A stretch of DNA of 59,555 nt, counting the filler, from Dugesia japonica (Eukaryota), in NCBI GenBank assembly GCA_001938525.1. It is 5 parts of 5 records of this genome, joined end to end, with 100 filler letters (N's around TTAATTAATTAA, not from the genome) between each part and the next. Parts side by side here need not be neighbours in the genome. Positions count along the whole stretch, not along the records: positions 1 to 19,856 come from MQRL01605799.1; 4 more parts are not named here. One strand, given 5' to 3'. Positions 1 through 13,850 of the stretch are shown here, in pieces. How positions within the stretch are numbered: the first letter of the stretch is position 1; every line of letters starts with the position of its first letter. Below the pieces are notes generated by a model, which saw only the letters and a program-made list of their open reading frames with translations, did not search any database and was not told the DNA's origin. The position numbers were made by a program, and so were the translations under genes.

Positions 1-591
1 ATGTAACTTATAATAATTAAAATAAATAAACCAATTAAAATTCAATAAATTCCAAAAAATTCGAAAATTTGAATCACTAACAACTAAAAAAATATGATAA
101 AAATGCGATTAATGATTATGTCCAGCAATTATTTTCTTGGTGAATTCTTTAATTTCAAACACGTCCNNNNNNNNNNNNNNNNNNNNNNNNNNNNNNNNNN
201 NNNNNNNNNNNNNNNNNNNNNNNNNNNNNNNNNNNNNNTTGCATAGCTTATTAAAACTAATCGTTAAGTCCAGCAATTATTCTCGTAATAATTTCTAATT
301 GTAAAACATAAAACAATAAATAAAAAACAAAAATAAATAAAGCAAAGTATATCAAATTTATTTATTGAAAAGACTGACAGGTATTTCAGTTAAATTAAGA
401 TATTATTTATAAAATCTAAGTAACATGTTACATAATTCACTCTAGTATAACAACTATAAAGTCAAAATTTACATTTTTAAACACAGCTAACTATTATGAA
501 AATAATTTAATTTCTCCTTTTTATGAAAGGAGCAAGAAAAAAATTTTTTTCTTTTATTTTTTTTCTTATTAATTTTTTTTTGCAAACTGCA

Positions 592-1527
592 TCAATTCGT
601 GTCACAATTCAAATTGCCATTTGGATCATAATATGGATCGATTCCGGCTTTTGGAAAAAATAGAATTAACGAAAGAATAATAGCAATAACGTATAACATA
701 AAAAAAAATCTGTCAAGCACCAACCCAACAGCTCGCCATTCTGCAACGATTTTATTTACTCGTTCTTTGTTTTCATTGTTTTTCTGAATAAATGTGAGAT
801 CTTTGATAATATCACTGATATCTTTTGTGACAAGATTAATGCGCCTAGCAACGAATACATTAATTGGAGCGACGGAATGCTTGTTTAATGTTGGCTTTTC
901 GAAATTAATATTAGTTTTCATGTCATATGGGTGAATTCGAGAGTGGAGACCCATATCTTGACCACCTTGTCGAAAACTATTTGAGAAATCTCCTGCACTA
1001 TTATAACTTGCCCAAGATGCAGCTAATTGGCTAGGAATTGGAGATTGAATACATTCTGTTAGAAATTCTTCTAAATCTTCTTCGTAATCTTTGAAATAAT
1101 TGGCAGGCTGTTGTTGTCGAAAATCTAATTCATCGTCTAATTCTTCATCATTTCCACTGATACTTTCTGCAGTAGGATAACGATCGAAAACAGAAGGAAC
1201 GGCTGCTGCACAATCTGGAGTATTCGGTCTACTATTTCTAATGTCAGAAGATTCAAACATATTTCTCATGTGATTACTATGCAAATAATGAATATTTGAA
1301 TTTTGATTTCTCTGCGGAAAATTGGGTTGATAAAAAGAATCATAGAACTGAGCTCCCTGGATCGTTTTATCAATAAAATCTGAAGATGGAAGGTGTTTTG
1401 GCGGTGCTTTTTTTAAGAAAGAAGGATTTATGCATTGTTTAGTTTTTACTGCTTCAACTGGCTGAGGTTTTTTCAATATAAATCCCAAATCGACAAACAA
1501 AATTCTTGCTCCATGTTTTATTGTCAA
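592..1527 (-). CDS. Last coding exon of a Cys-loop ligand-gated ion channel subunit (nicotinic acetylcholine receptor-like): long M3-M4 intracellular loop, MA helix and M4
   Basis: The translation ends ...KIVAEWRAVGLVLDRFFFMLYVIAIILSLILFFPK, matching the nAChR (D/E)WxxxAxVxDR + M4 signature. A pyrimidine tract + CAG acceptor (aatttcttttcag|TTG) lies at plus 1528-1540, so ORF residues upstream of LTIKHG are intronic. Upstream exons were not found. Confidence 0.85.
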   Translation of the reverse strand: MTIKHGARILFVDLGFILKKPQPVEAVKTKQCINPSFLKKAPPKHLPSSDFIDKTIQGAQFYDSFYQPNFPQRNQNSNIHYLHSNHMRNMFESSDIRNSRPNTPDCAAAVPSVFDRYPTAESISGNDEELDDELDFRQQQPANYFKDYEEDLEEFLTECIQSPIPSQLAASWASYNSAGDFSNSFRQGGQDMGLHSRIHPYDMKTNINFEKPTLNKHSVAPINVFVARRINLVTKDISDIIKDLTFIQKNNENKERVNKIVAEWRAVGLVLDRFFFMLYVIAIILSLILFFPKAGIDPYYDPNGNLNCDTN

Positions 1528-3599
1528 CTGAAAAGAAATTAATAAACATACAAAATCTTTTGAAAAAAAAATTGTGAAGATAGACAAATAAATTAGTGTG
1601 TTTTATTAAAACCCATTAAATGAACAATTACAATTAAAAAGTTTNNNNNNNNNNNNNNNNNNNNNNNNNNNNNNNNNNAAATATCATCAAAGCAGTAATT
1701 AAGAAATTCAATTACTTAACAGCCAATGATCAAAATTAACTGAATAAACTTTTGGAAACAATTGGAATTTAAGAATAAGATTTAAATAATTAATCATTTC
1801 AAATTTTTGAAAGCAGAAAGAAAATTAACTTGTTAAAAATAACGTGCTAATTTTTCTATTTCTATAATAGGATTTTTAAAAAAGCCTATTCTATTAACTT
1901 TTTTTTTAAGATTCCGCCGTGATTTTGGTATCTCAGTAAATTTTAACTATTTTAGAAATTTTCTTATACACATTTTAAAAAAATTATATTTTATTAATCA
2001 ATCAAAATGATGTAATATAATTATCAAAGCTGGCCATAATATTTACACAGCACATTTACTGAACATGAGAGAACCAAATTTACAATGGCAATTGGAAAAT
2101 TAAATAAAATATTACATTGCGTAGCAACTTTCAATGATAATTGTAACACACAAACAATAAATCAACGGGTTAGTCTAGGTATGTCAATTTTCTTTTTGGA
2201 CCAATGTAGATTTAACCAACAAATAGTTGAAAATGAAATCGAGGGAAAGTAGGTAAAGAAAAGGTAGAAAAAATAAATAGACAAATTTAGTTCTACTAAC
2301 AATTATGTTGGGTAAAATCGATTGATTTACAATGGAATTGCAGTAATATTGAATAAGAAAGAAATTAAAAAGAACTTTAAAGCCTGCGTCGCAAGCAGGC
2401 GCCATGTCATCAATTTGATTATTACATTATTTACATAAGTCATAAAATGAAACATGTAAAACTTAAACAGAAACATTAAATAATGCATTAATGGTAAAAT
2501 TAACTGCTAAGTGGCGTTCCTAATTTGTTTTCTAGTTTTCGAGTATTATTATTAAATTAATATTCTTTTTGGTTAACAGAGATTTAAAAATTCCAGATAT
2601 TTAGTCNNNNNNNNNNNNNNNNNNNNNNNNNNNNNNNNNNNNNNNNNNNNNNNNNNNNNNNNNNNNNNNNNNNNNNNNNNNNNNNNNNNNNNNNNNNNNN
2701 NNNNNNNNNNNNNNNNNNNNNNNNNNNNNNNNNNNNNNNNNNNNNNNNNNNNNNNNNNNNNNNNNNNNNNNNNNNNNNNNNNNNNNNNNNNNNNNNNNNN
2801 NNNNNNNNNNNNNNNNNNNNNNNNNNNNNNNNNNAATGGTTGTAAAGTTTATTTATTTTCTGCTACTAATTATGTTAACTTGTTACTTGATTTATTTTCT
2901 AATTTGTAATATTTTATTATTATACATATTGAAAACTTTTGATTATGATAAGTTGAAAACAATTATCAAAACATCGAAAAATAAAGTGACGCGTAGTCAA
3001 AGCATGCAGGCGGGAGAAGAAAATCCCGGCAATGATTCTGGTTAGAACAATTTTAAAACTAATAAATCGGATGAGTAAAAAAATGTAAAAAAAATAAATA
3101 TCAAACAATTAAAAAAATGAGAAATTCAAATTTTCAATAATGGACAAAATAAAATAACAACTATCGAATAAAAATAAATCTCAAATATTAGAAAGAATAG
3201 CAGAAAAAATAATAAAGAAAGAAAAATGTGAATGTTATCAAAAATAAAAACGTCAAAAAATAAGCACAATAAACCAATCAGAAAATTTAATGAAACCTCA
3301 AAAAATCGTGTCAAAAGAACACAGAAAAGAAGAAACTCTTATTTAACATAAAATAATGAAAAATATGAATGATTATGTATTATGCAAAATAAACCATAAA
3401 AATATTATGAAAAAACAAATAAAGCTAAAGAAATAATTGAAAATAATTTGAAAAATAAAATCTCCATTTTAAATTGAGAAATTCCGCTGTAAAATAAATA
3501 CCAATATTAAATAATGAAATTGAACTGGGATTTAAAATTACTCAATTAATTTTCCAAAGTTGAGTTTTTCAAAAAAAAATTTAGAATACAAAAGAGACA

Positions 3600-4045
3600 C
3601 TCACAGTTGGTTAATCAATGCTTTATATAAATAATTTTTGTTTGGTGCATATATCCCTCAATTTGTTAAAATTTAATAAATATTCAAATTATTAAAGTTA
3701 CTGTAAGCAAATGAATATAGTAAACAATTTTTAAATTTATTGACTTCACTGACAATTGACAAAATATTGGTTGGTAATAAAATTGATTTCAATAAAGAAA
3801 ATTGAAACTGTTGAATAATCCTGAACCTGATAACACTTTGTCAAACTGTATTGGGCCATTTGTTTTATCGGTTCCTTATTCTGCAGGTTTTAAAAAGTTT
3901 AATAATTCGATTCTGAAAGTTGCTAAGGATCTTCCGTTGTTGAAAATGGTTTTTACTTCACATAAGATTGTCAATAGCTTTGTGAATAAACCCTATACAG
4001 CAATTGGTTTGTGTTCTAACCTTGTTTATCAATTTAACTGTAATT
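3600..4045 (+). pseudogene. Penelope-like retroelement fragment (RT thumb/linker to start of GIY-YIG endonuclease)
   Basis: ORF 3802 reads VPYS...MVFTSHKIVNSFVNKP...LCSNLVYQFNC, fitting the PLE linker pattern LPY...VF...KI...F..K...SNVVYxFxC. It is truncated after the first GIY-YIG motif. Confidence 0.6.
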
Positions 4046-5156
4046 TTTATAAATTTTTAATAAGTTTTGTATTTTATAGCTTCAAAATTTTCAAAATAAT
4101 TTGTCAATTTTATTATTTTATAGGTTTTTAAAACATTTTATTACATTTTAAAATTAAAAATTTTTGAAATTGTTGAAAATCGGTTTTTGATTTTTAGTTT
4201 TTTCAAATTTGTAATTTTATTAGAATATAAGAAATTTTTTATTAGAAAATTTTTTAAATTTGAAAATTAAGAATTATGATTATAGCCCGCTTATATTCAG
4301 TATAATTGCTTGAATCTTTGTTTAAATAATATAGATTGTATATTCTCATTTATTTAATTTTTGTCTGATGATGACGATTGATCTGTCGAATTATATAACA
4401 ATAAAATTTATTTTAAATGGCGTTATTTATTTTTTTTNNNNNNNNNNNNNNNNNNNNNNNNNNNNNNNNNNNNNNNNNNNNNNNNNNNNNNNNNNNNNNN
4501 NNNNNNATTTCTCTTTGGATAAAATGTTTGAATTTATTCTAGATTATATATATTTGCGAAAGAAAAATTATTACAATAAACTTAGCAGGAAAGTTAAAAT
4601 ATAACGTAAATGAACTAAAATGACTGAATCAACAAATTTATAAAAAGAACTTAATAATAAGATATCGAACTAAAGCCAAAATAAGAAAAAATCGATAAAT
4701 AGTTATTCATGAGAAATATTAAAAAGTCAAGGAAGAATAAAGTAACGAAATGAAATAAAACTGAAATACAAAAAATATTAGAAAAATTCGAAAAAGAAAT
4801 ATTCTGAAATTGGAAACTTTTACTTTTAAGAAAAGAGAATTTCTAAAATTAATTACCACAATGAGAATTTCGAAGATTAATAATGATATCAGAAAAATAA
4901 GACATTGATGTGGCAAATATTTTTTGGACATTTGTATTTAGTATTATAATTGTGAGCAGTGTCGGCTGAGCCTAGCTTGTGTTTGGTTAGATATAACCTT
5001 ACGCATTTTCAGTACAAAATAGAGTCCCCATCCTCGATCCTGGGTTCTTACGTATTTGATGCGAAATGTGTTAGTCATTTCAATTTCTCTTAGGAGTCTC
5101 TGTCTTAATTATTATTCGAAGCTTTCAGCAATACATTGTCAAATCATCCTCAATTC

Positions 5157-6929
5157 GGTATACGGACACTTAATCACGTGACACTTAATCACCGATATTT
5201 AATTACTCGACACTTTATCATCGACATTTAAACATAAAAATATTTAATCAAATGCCGTTAACATATTTAATTTATTAATAGTACAATTCGATAAAATGAA
5301 TACAATAAAATAAAATAAAATACAAAACATTTCACAATATAAATTTATTAATCACATGACATCTGTGCAAGACTACGTAAATAAATTAAAATTTCAGTCA
5401 ACGAATATCTATCAACTGAATTTTCTACTCTCTGTTTCATTAACTTGTATCTTTTGGATATAGTGGGTTGCAGGGCACATATACCCTGTAGAAATGCTGT
5501 TCGTTGCATTTGCATATCCTTTGCGATTCCTTTTATAAAAGTCCATAATGTACAATATTGGTATTGAAAAAGTATCTGTTTTCCATAATGCCAACCTTCT
5601 ACGGAGTTCGTTGTTCTGGCTATTCTTTCAGATGCAGTTTCATAATGATTCCAGCTTTCTATTGGAAAGAACGCTGGACCATAATATTCAGTACGTCCTG
5701 GTCGCCTTCTGCCTCGAATATAAGTGTGTTCAAAATAGGAAAAAAGCTCAGACATCTTATCGTGATCTGGCATGTTTTCAGCTAATATCAAAAAAGCATT
5801 AATAACATCTGCTGAAGGAACCATAGCCAAAGCAAATAAGCAACATACAGCTGTTCGCAAACTGTCATTGGTTTCATAATCGACTTTCATGCCAATTTAA
5901 TTTACTTTCCGCTTTACACTTTGCGTAAGATGAAATTAGCAGCCCACGATATTTGCATTTGGAAAAGCTGCTCTAAAGGCACTTATTGCAGCACACTAAA
6001 AATCGAGTCGTATTCTATCTGATGAAGCCAGTGGAATCATCTGTTTAACTGTCATTATAATGTGATCATAAATAGCACGTTCTTGTTTGAACCAGACAGT
6101 AAATTGCAGTAGGATATACACCAGGAACAAGTTGAAAATGTATAGCATATATCTGAAAAAATATAGGCAACCATAGTTTAGCTCTAGCCCATAATTCATC
6201 ACTTTCCATTATCAAAAGATAATCAAAATCCAGATCCTGAATCATATAAAATCATATTTTGAAATTCTTCAGGTATATTGAATGTTATATCTTTTGAAGG
6301 TGGAAGAAGATATGTCAATTCTGACTCCGACTGTATCTTTTAGCGTTTTCGCTGCAAAGTTATCTTAAGAAAATCTTTTTTTGGTAAAGCCAAAAAACAT
6401 CCGATTGAAGCTCCATACTTACAAAACCTATCACTGCAGTTATCGTAGTCAATATTTCACCCATTTTGTCTTTCATTTTAGCAGCAGATTGTTTGGCCAA
6501 AAAAGTATTCTTATTACTATCATGATTATGCTGAGGATAACAATCACCCATGATTTTATCTTTTTCTGTTGTTAAACGGGCTTGACATTTGCAGATCTAG
6601 TAACGTTTACAATGTCATTGAATATTATCATTTGCATATTTCCGATGCTTAATAAATTCATATTGCTTATGCAAAAAAGACTCTTTCCCTTTTGTAGTAG
6701 GGCCAAAAATAATTTTATTATCAGTCATTTTAACCCTTTAAATACGTTAATGAGTATTTTTATAGTTAATTAAATATTACATAATCAAACTTAATAAACG
6801 TGATTTAATTTCAGGGATTAAATTAAACTACGATGATAAATTAATAAATTAATTATGTACATTGATGCTTATTTTGTTTCTATTTTATTTATCAGTGATT
6901 AAATGTCGGCGATTAAGTGTCACCAAACC
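5157..6929 (-). mobile_element. Mutator/MULE DNA transposon, full-span but decayed, with TIRs and 9-bp TSD
   Basis: Left end ggtatacGGACACTTAATC, right end (reverse complement) ggtttggTGACACTTAATC, both followed by tandem GACA(C/T)TTAATC-type subterminal repeats. TSD cctcaattc (5148-5156) / cctaaattc (6930-6938), 8/9 match. Confidence 0.85.
5348..6680 (-). pseudogene. MULE transposase (fragmented)
   Basis: ORF 5348-5890 has YFEHTYI...FPIESWNHY...RTTNSVEGWH, typical of the MULE C-terminal region. Upstream frames give FPNANIVGC*FHLTQSVKRK (CxFH motif) and an HNH-containing FLYWCH/WRKY-like remnant. Stops and frameshifts are present. Confidence 0.8.
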
Positions 6930-7728
6930 CCTAAATTCAGTTATATAGTACATTAATTCTGACAGCTGATAATTAATGAAAAACATAGCCCTGTTATGAC
7001 ATACCTCACACAACACATCTACGTTACCCAGTAATGGAGTTTCTGCGGTTTACTTAATTATTTATCGACATGTTTATCGCGGTGTACTTAATACGCATGG
7101 TTTAAAGAAACAATCAAACCAAAGAAAAAGAACTAAATCTAACGGTAAAAACTGACAACTTAGAAACAATGTAAGAGTAGAAAATAATCCAACCTCGAAT
7201 TAAAAAAAGTCAAATTTGAAAATTGAAAACTAAAAATAAAAACAACTAAAAATAACTGAAATTAATTTTTCGAATTTCGTGCAATTTTAAAAACACTAAA
7301 GTAATATTTTTTTATTCCAAGTTTTTTTAATGGAGGATTTTTTGTCCATTTACCGATTTTACAAATAGATTTTTGCCTTGTTTCAATATTAGAACAGGAA
7401 TAGAAACTTGTCGTTGTAGTAACAGTTTCGAATTAAATTAACTATTTGGTATTCAATATTTATTGTAAGGTAAATTGTGTTTGAGTAGAACATCCAAAAA
7501 TCAAGAATTGAATAAAAATAATAAATAAGTTAAGAATAGAAAGGAAAATAAATATCCAGGAGTATGAAATATAAAAAAATACTGTAAATGACAATCTAAA
7601 TACAAGGAACGGTAAATTGCGAACGTAACACTATGGATCAAAATATATACCAAATGAATAAAAAGTCATTGAAGGGACAGAAATGAAGCAATTATGGGAA
7701 AGAACTACGGAAATAAGAACAGAAGAAT

Positions 7729-9277
7729 CACTGGTGTAACTACAAATTTTGTACCCTCCCCGCAAAAAAAATCCAAGTGCTTCCCCCTAACTATATGACA
7801 ATTTTTTCTTTTTGTATCTATCGTATTTAGACCCTTGAAATATTGTAAGAAAAATAATAATTTAGAATATATAAATATACATATCGACGATTTTAAAATA
7901 TAGTAAATAGTAAAATTCAAAATTGATATTCGTTCAAAAAATAAAAAAAAATTTGTGGAGTCCTCAGTGATTGATAAAAATATTAATATATGCACCTGTA
8001 AATTATTATGTAAATTATATGTTTAAAAAATGAAATTTATTTTTCAAACTTTTTTTAAATTCTTCTTTTAAACTGCAATTTTTGGAAACTCTAACTTTTA
8101 TATAAATAAAACAGTCTTTTAATATTAAAACAACTATTAACTAAATTAACACAAAACTCAAAAATTGAATGTTTTTTATTTGAAATAACTAATAAATTAA
8201 AAAATAATAAAACTGCAGTGAATATTGGTGCTGTACAGCGAGTTAAATAATTTGGACAGGATAAATCCTACGCCAATGGTGGTTTACTGTGGTATAAGAC
8301 CTGCAATNAATCAGTTAATTATATTAGACGACAGACTATCACTGATCATCTGGGGACAAAAAAGCATACCGCGCATGCAAACAAAGGACAGCACGATGAC
8401 ACGAAGGACTCTACAAACACCACACGACAAAGTACCATAACAGGATATTTTGAAAGATCAAGCCATGCAACGGCTGCCAAAGATATTTTAGTTATGGAAT
8501 TAGTTGAAGCATTTATGGCGGCCAATATACCTCTGGAGAAACTTGACAACCCTATATTACGTAGTTTCATACAGAAGAACGTAAAGTAAATTTACAAACA
8601 AAATAACGCTAGGATAATAGCGAAATTAGCCAGACAGAAAGTGGCGATTATAGCTGATGAAACAACTGATGTTGTTAAATGTTATGTTGTGAATGTGCTT
8701 TTTCAACCACTCAATGCTCTTAAACCAGATAAATGCATAGCAATGTTAGTTAATACAGATTTCTAAAAAGAAATGAGCAATTCCAGCATAGCACAGGTAG
8801 TTATCCGAACTATAAGGAGATGAATGTGAACTTCAATGACATTGTAGCATTTGTTAAGGATAATGCAGCTTATATGCAAAAATGTTTTCAGCACCATTTG
8901 CGAGGAATATTACCAAATGCCGTTCATATAAAATGTTTGGCACATATTATGTCATTAGTTGGAGAATAATTTTGTGAAACAGTTGAACTTTCTAATATAC
9001 TGGCTTCTATCAAGTTCAAAAGTCAAATTTTTGCCGCGGTAAATCATGGGCCTACTAATAACTTTAAAATTAAATAAAAATGTATGTACTAGGTAATTGT
9101 GAGTTACTGATTTCAAATTTTATTTATAATTNATATGAAAAAATATTTGTATTTTTATTTGTATTAATTATATTTGTTATGCCTGCGTCTTATAAAAAAT
9201 TTTTACAAAATTTTCAGGCCAAACAGAGCGCCGCCCCATGCGTTTCGGGGTTTTGCGGATGCATAGTTATGTTACTG
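7729..9277 (+). mobile_element. hAT DNA transposon (CGGBP-like transposase family), internally truncated, with perfect 8-bp TSD
   Basis: AGAAGAAT occurs at 7721-7728 and 9278-9285, flanking degenerate TIRs cactggtgtaacta / (rc) cagtaacataacta. Internal frames give TDHLGTKKH, AFMAANIPLEKLDNP, IIADETTD, DNAAYM and HIKCLAHIMSLVGE (hAT DDE and CxxH motifs). Confidence 0.85.
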
Positions 9278-10227
9278 AGAAGAATATAAAGGAACAAATA
9301 TTGTAAAATGGATATTTACAATTTAAATACAGAGGACACAGCAGTATAAGCTAAATCATTCCATTAATAAAGCTAAGACAGAAAATTCTAAATTAATTTA
9401 ATATTTACCAACAGATAAAGTAAACAAAATGGATCAGACATGAGAGGGAAAGCTGAAAATATATTATTTTAAAATATATTTAGCTTAGAACCAAAGATTA
9501 TCAACCAATTAATAGATTAATTAAGAAAAAAAAAATAAAATAATTTAATATTTCTGTTTCACAGCGTTATAATAAAATTTAAATATCCGAAAATACAGAC
9601 ACTAAAATATCAGTTAACTTATCATTAGCCACGGATTTTCAGCCGAATTTATTGAGAATATTTTACGTTCTCTAAGCAAAGAAAACTTTAACAAAAAGCG
9701 GAAAATCAACAAAGATTTCTTAATATTCATATAAACTTTGTAGAAGTACAACTATGAAAAATAAAGTTAAAATAAGTCAAAGTCTTAAGTAGTTAATGGA
9801 AAAGTCTGCAATGTCAAATGATGGTAAGATGAGAATTTTACAGATGAACAACAAATTTAAACGTTTATTTTGTTTTTTTTATAAAAAATAAAATGATTAT
9901 AAATACATTTGAGTACTAATGAAGCAATTAATAAAAGGATGCACTAAATTCCAGTTCAGAGCATGGTCTAAATACATATGACACTTGAAATTATCTACGG
10001 CCTAAAGAATGGGTTCTAAATCTTTTTTTGATAACGTACCACCTAATGACCAAAAAATTGGCGAACCACCTATTTTTTCTTTGCCTAAAAAGATGTGAAT
10101 TGTTGTTCTGTATACTTAAATGTCATACAAGACACCTTTTGCAATGATTAAATTAAATGTCAATTTGGCAAATAACAAAAGAATTTAAGAATTAGAAAAT
10201 ATTTTGGTGAACCACTTATACCTATTT

Positions 10228-10252
10228 GCGCACCACAGTTTGGGATCCCCTG
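10228..10252 (-). repeat. Orphan hAT-like terminal sequence
   Basis: The reverse complement reads CAGGGGATCCCAAACTGTGGTGCGC, resembling hAT TIRs. No partner end was found. Confidence 0.4.
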
Positions 10253-10677
10253 GTTATTGTAATATTAATTTTTGGTAACACTTTAAAACCTAAAGGTTAT
10301 AAATTTAAAGCTGTATTTCTGAAATCGAATAAATTATAAAAATATTTAAAAGCTAAATAATATTTCAGAATTAATATTTTATTACAAAATTATTTTTGGT
10401 TTAAAAAATTATTATTATACATTATAAAAATTATGAGANNAATTATGAGATGCATAGTGAATAATTCAAATCTACATTAATATATACTCTAACAGTCGAG
10501 ATCAATTAGTAAAAAATTAATATTTGATATACTACTCGCAATTTTCATCGTAAATAAATATTTCTAAAAAAATCTATTGCAAATATATTATGAGAAAAAT
10601 TATGAATTTTACAAAAAAGTATCAGATGGTTATGTTATTTGTTGTTTCGAAAACAGGTTAGAAACGTTTTGATTATA

Positions 10678-10730
10678 CAGTGGAACCTCTCGAAAGTGAC
10701 CACCTCAATAAAATTGACCACTTCTAAAAG
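10678..10730 (+). repeat. Orphan Tc1/mariner (pogo/Tigger-like) TIR
   Basis: TA|CAGTGGAACCTCTCGAAAGTGACCACCTC followed by a repeated TGACCAC. The partner end was not seen (nearby gaps). Confidence 0.45.
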
Positions 10731-12189
10731 TATAATGAAATTCTTAAAGTTATTCCCCAAAATTCTTTAAAATAATTAATAAAAAGTGACAACTGCTAAA
10801 AAATAATTTCTTTTAAATAAAAAAATTTTTATTTAGAAATAGAAAATAGTAGAAAATTTATTTTGTTTAAATAAATTAGAGTTAGTATTTAAAAATTAAA
10901 AATTATTTAAAATTAAATAAGAATCTGTAGTTACATTTGTTGCTTGAAACAAGTAAAAATTAAAATTTCCTGACTTTTTATAAAAAATATTTTAATAATA
11001 ATAATATAATAATTTTTATTATTTTTAAATTTTCAACTTTTTATTAAAATTAAAATTTAATCAATTAATTTCAATTAAGAAAACTTGATTTAATTTATTA
11101 TTTTTATTAATTTTAATTTTTTTAAAAATTTTTTTGTTTGGTTAAAGTTCAATTTAGGCCGTGAATTTTTTTAAAATTTTTTTATTTATTAATTTTTTTG
11201 TTTGGTTATGTTTTATATGTGATCCTCGTATAGTACTCAGAATTGCCTACANNNNNNNNNNNNNNNNNNNNNNNNNNNNNNNNNNNNNNNNNNATTTTTA
11301 TATGATGATACTTTCCATTACCATCAGACGACGAATGGTTAAACATTCAGTAATAAATGAAAAATGATTGGTAAATTTATTTTCAATTGAAACTTATAAG
11401 TTATCACATAAAATATCCATATGAAACAAAATAAAAATAAACCATTTGAAGATTGGAAATAAAAACTTATTATTTGAATTTTTTTTTAAATGAAATGGAA
11501 TTTCACATTTGTATTATAAATTGTCACATTATGCAATTGAATTTGACTTTTTATTTATTTTAAATTAGTAATGTCTAATTTAATTATAATAAATTTGGAT
11601 TTGATTTNNNNNNNNNNNNNNNNNNNNNNNNNNNNNNNNNNNNNNNNNNNNNNNNNNNNNNNNNNNNNNNNNNNNNNNNNNNNNNNNNNNNNNNNNNNNN
11701 NNNNNNNNNNNNNNNNNNNNNNNNNNNNNNNNNNNNNNNNNNNNNNNNNAATTAAGAAAACTTGATTTAATTTATTATTTTTATTAATTTTAATTTCTTT
11801 AAAAGCTTTTTAAAGGTCTAATTTATTCAAATATATCGAATAAAAAAACTTTTATAATAATTAAAATATTCTAAAATACCGAATGAAATAAATCAATTAA
11901 ATTTATATTTATTTATCAAAAGATAGTTAAATACGAACCTTTTTCAACCAAAATGGAACTTCCTTTCGATTGTCACCTCTAAAGTGAAAGTTAACAGTGA
12001 TCAAACAAAGAAACGTTGACAGAGTGATCAATGTCATATTTATACAGTAATATGTACCTAAAAATAAAATAATTATAAATAGGTTATCTACTTTATACTT
12101 TTATAATAAAAGAGAAACATTGATATGATTTAAGTTTACTTATTTATTTTATTAATGAAATTAATAATAATATTTATAATAAATATCAC

Positions 12190-12254
<65 letters not shown>
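12190..12254. repeat. (AAT)n microsatellite running into a gap
   Basis: Directly visible. It explains the poly-I and poly-L ORFs. Confidence 0.95.
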
Positions 12255-12450
12255 NNNNNNNNNNNNNNNNNNNNNNNNNNNNNNNNNNNNNNNNNNNNNN
12301 NNNNNNNNNNNNNNNNNNNNNNNNNNNNNNNNNNNNNNNNNNNNNNNNNNNNNNNNNNNNNNNNNNNNNNNNNNNNNNNNNNNNNNNNNNNNNNNNNNNN
12401 NNNNNNNNNNNNNNNNNNNNNNNNNNNNNNNNNNNNNNNNNNNNNNNNNN

Positions 12451-12620
12451 TCTTCGTCAGGAATTGTCTTTTCTGTCGAAGACAAAGTCAAAATATAGAA
12501 TTATTATCAAAAACCAAGTAAAAATTTTTTGATTGAAACTCTTATTTTAATGAATTCTGTAAAACGATCAATGAAAACGTCCAACAAATATTCTCGCAAT
12601 AATTGTAATTGTAAAACAAT
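12451..12620 (+). repeat. Copy of dispersed repeat family (core GTCCAACAATTATTCTCGCAATAATTGTAATTGTAAAA), probably Penelope pLTR-derived
   Basis: The same core recurs at about 268-310, 18338-18380, 18758-18800 (rc), 39742-39778 (rc) and 58298-58340. Confidence 0.7.
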
Positions 12621-13429
12621 AATATATAATTATAATAAAAGAGAAACTTTGATGTTTAAAGTTTATTTATTTNNNNNNNNNNNNNNNNNNNNNNNNNNNN
12701 NNNNNNNNNNNNNNNNNNNNNNNATATATAAGTATAATAATAATTATTATTATATAATTGGAATAATTATAATTTATGGTAATTGATATTTCTCAATCAA
12801 AACTTGATACAATCAGTATTTCAGGAGAGTCATTAATTCAAAACTAATCTGAATACAATAAATCAGACACCAGAAAAAATTATGATAGAAACTAATCAGA
12901 AATACTGTTGATACTACTGATTATAGTTAAATAATGTTTTGGCAGTTCAACATTAATTTTCAAAATAAATTTGTTTGTAATAATTTAAAAACTAATCAAA
13001 TATTGATTTTCTTTAAAGCTTTAGTGACGTTCTATTAGTCAAATCATATTAATAAATGAAATTAAATTAAAATGCCAAAATTTTTCTCATAATGTACTAT
13101 TTACAATTTATCAGTAACTTGTTTAAAAAACATTTTGTTATCAATAGAAACTTTGTTATTTGCTCTTTGTTTTTATTATGTTTATTTTATTTTTTTTATA
13201 TATTTTTTTTTAATGGAGTGGAAGGGTTTTTCAAATTGTTTTCATTGTTTTAATGTTTTCTCTCCAAAAAACCCTATAAAAAATTACAATAAATTTAATA
13301 TATATTAAAAAAATAAATATTTTAACAACTTTTGTGATCGATTATGAAATTTTTTTAAAATTTAATTTTATGTACATGTCAATAGAATGAGATAATGCGA
13401 TAAAACGAAAATATTCTAATACAAAAGAT

Positions 13430-13850
13430 CTGGAAGCTCAATGTGAATACTGCAATAAAATAATAAAATGCTCAGATAACTCCACAACTTAGTTGAAGAA
13501 TCATTTGAAGATTCACAGCATTAATGTTTATAAGTTTGATTGTGATCATACATGCAACTTTAACGAAGCAAAAACAGTTATGAATTTTTCATCCCTTTTG
13601 TATGGTATCAAAGATGATAACGAAACTGTTCAACTCCCACATCATATTGTCAAAAACGTAAATCTATCACTTCAGAATTAATAAAACACGTTAATTGAAA
13701 AATGACGAATCATTACCTTCTGTTGTTAGATTGAATTAAAAATAATTTAAATCCAAATTTATACTTTTCAGGAACACGGACATGTGGACTGAAAATCTAC
13801 AACAATTGTACAATGCGATTCAATACATCATGCCGACGTCCATCAATGTN
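13430..13850 (+). pseudogene. Internally deleted hAT transposase remnant (BED finger and dimerisation-domain fragment)
   Basis: EAQCEYCNKIIKCSDNSTT*LKNHLKIH is a BED zinc finger. IMPTSIN at about 13830 resembles the PTSxxxERxFS motif. Confidence 0.6.

Noticed and set aside
2382-2400. GC-rich hairpin gcctgc-gtcgcaa-gcaggc as a Helitron 3' end or a member of the Maverick hairpin set
   Set aside because: It has a 7-nt loop, lies on a different contig, and has no CTRR terminus at the expected distance.
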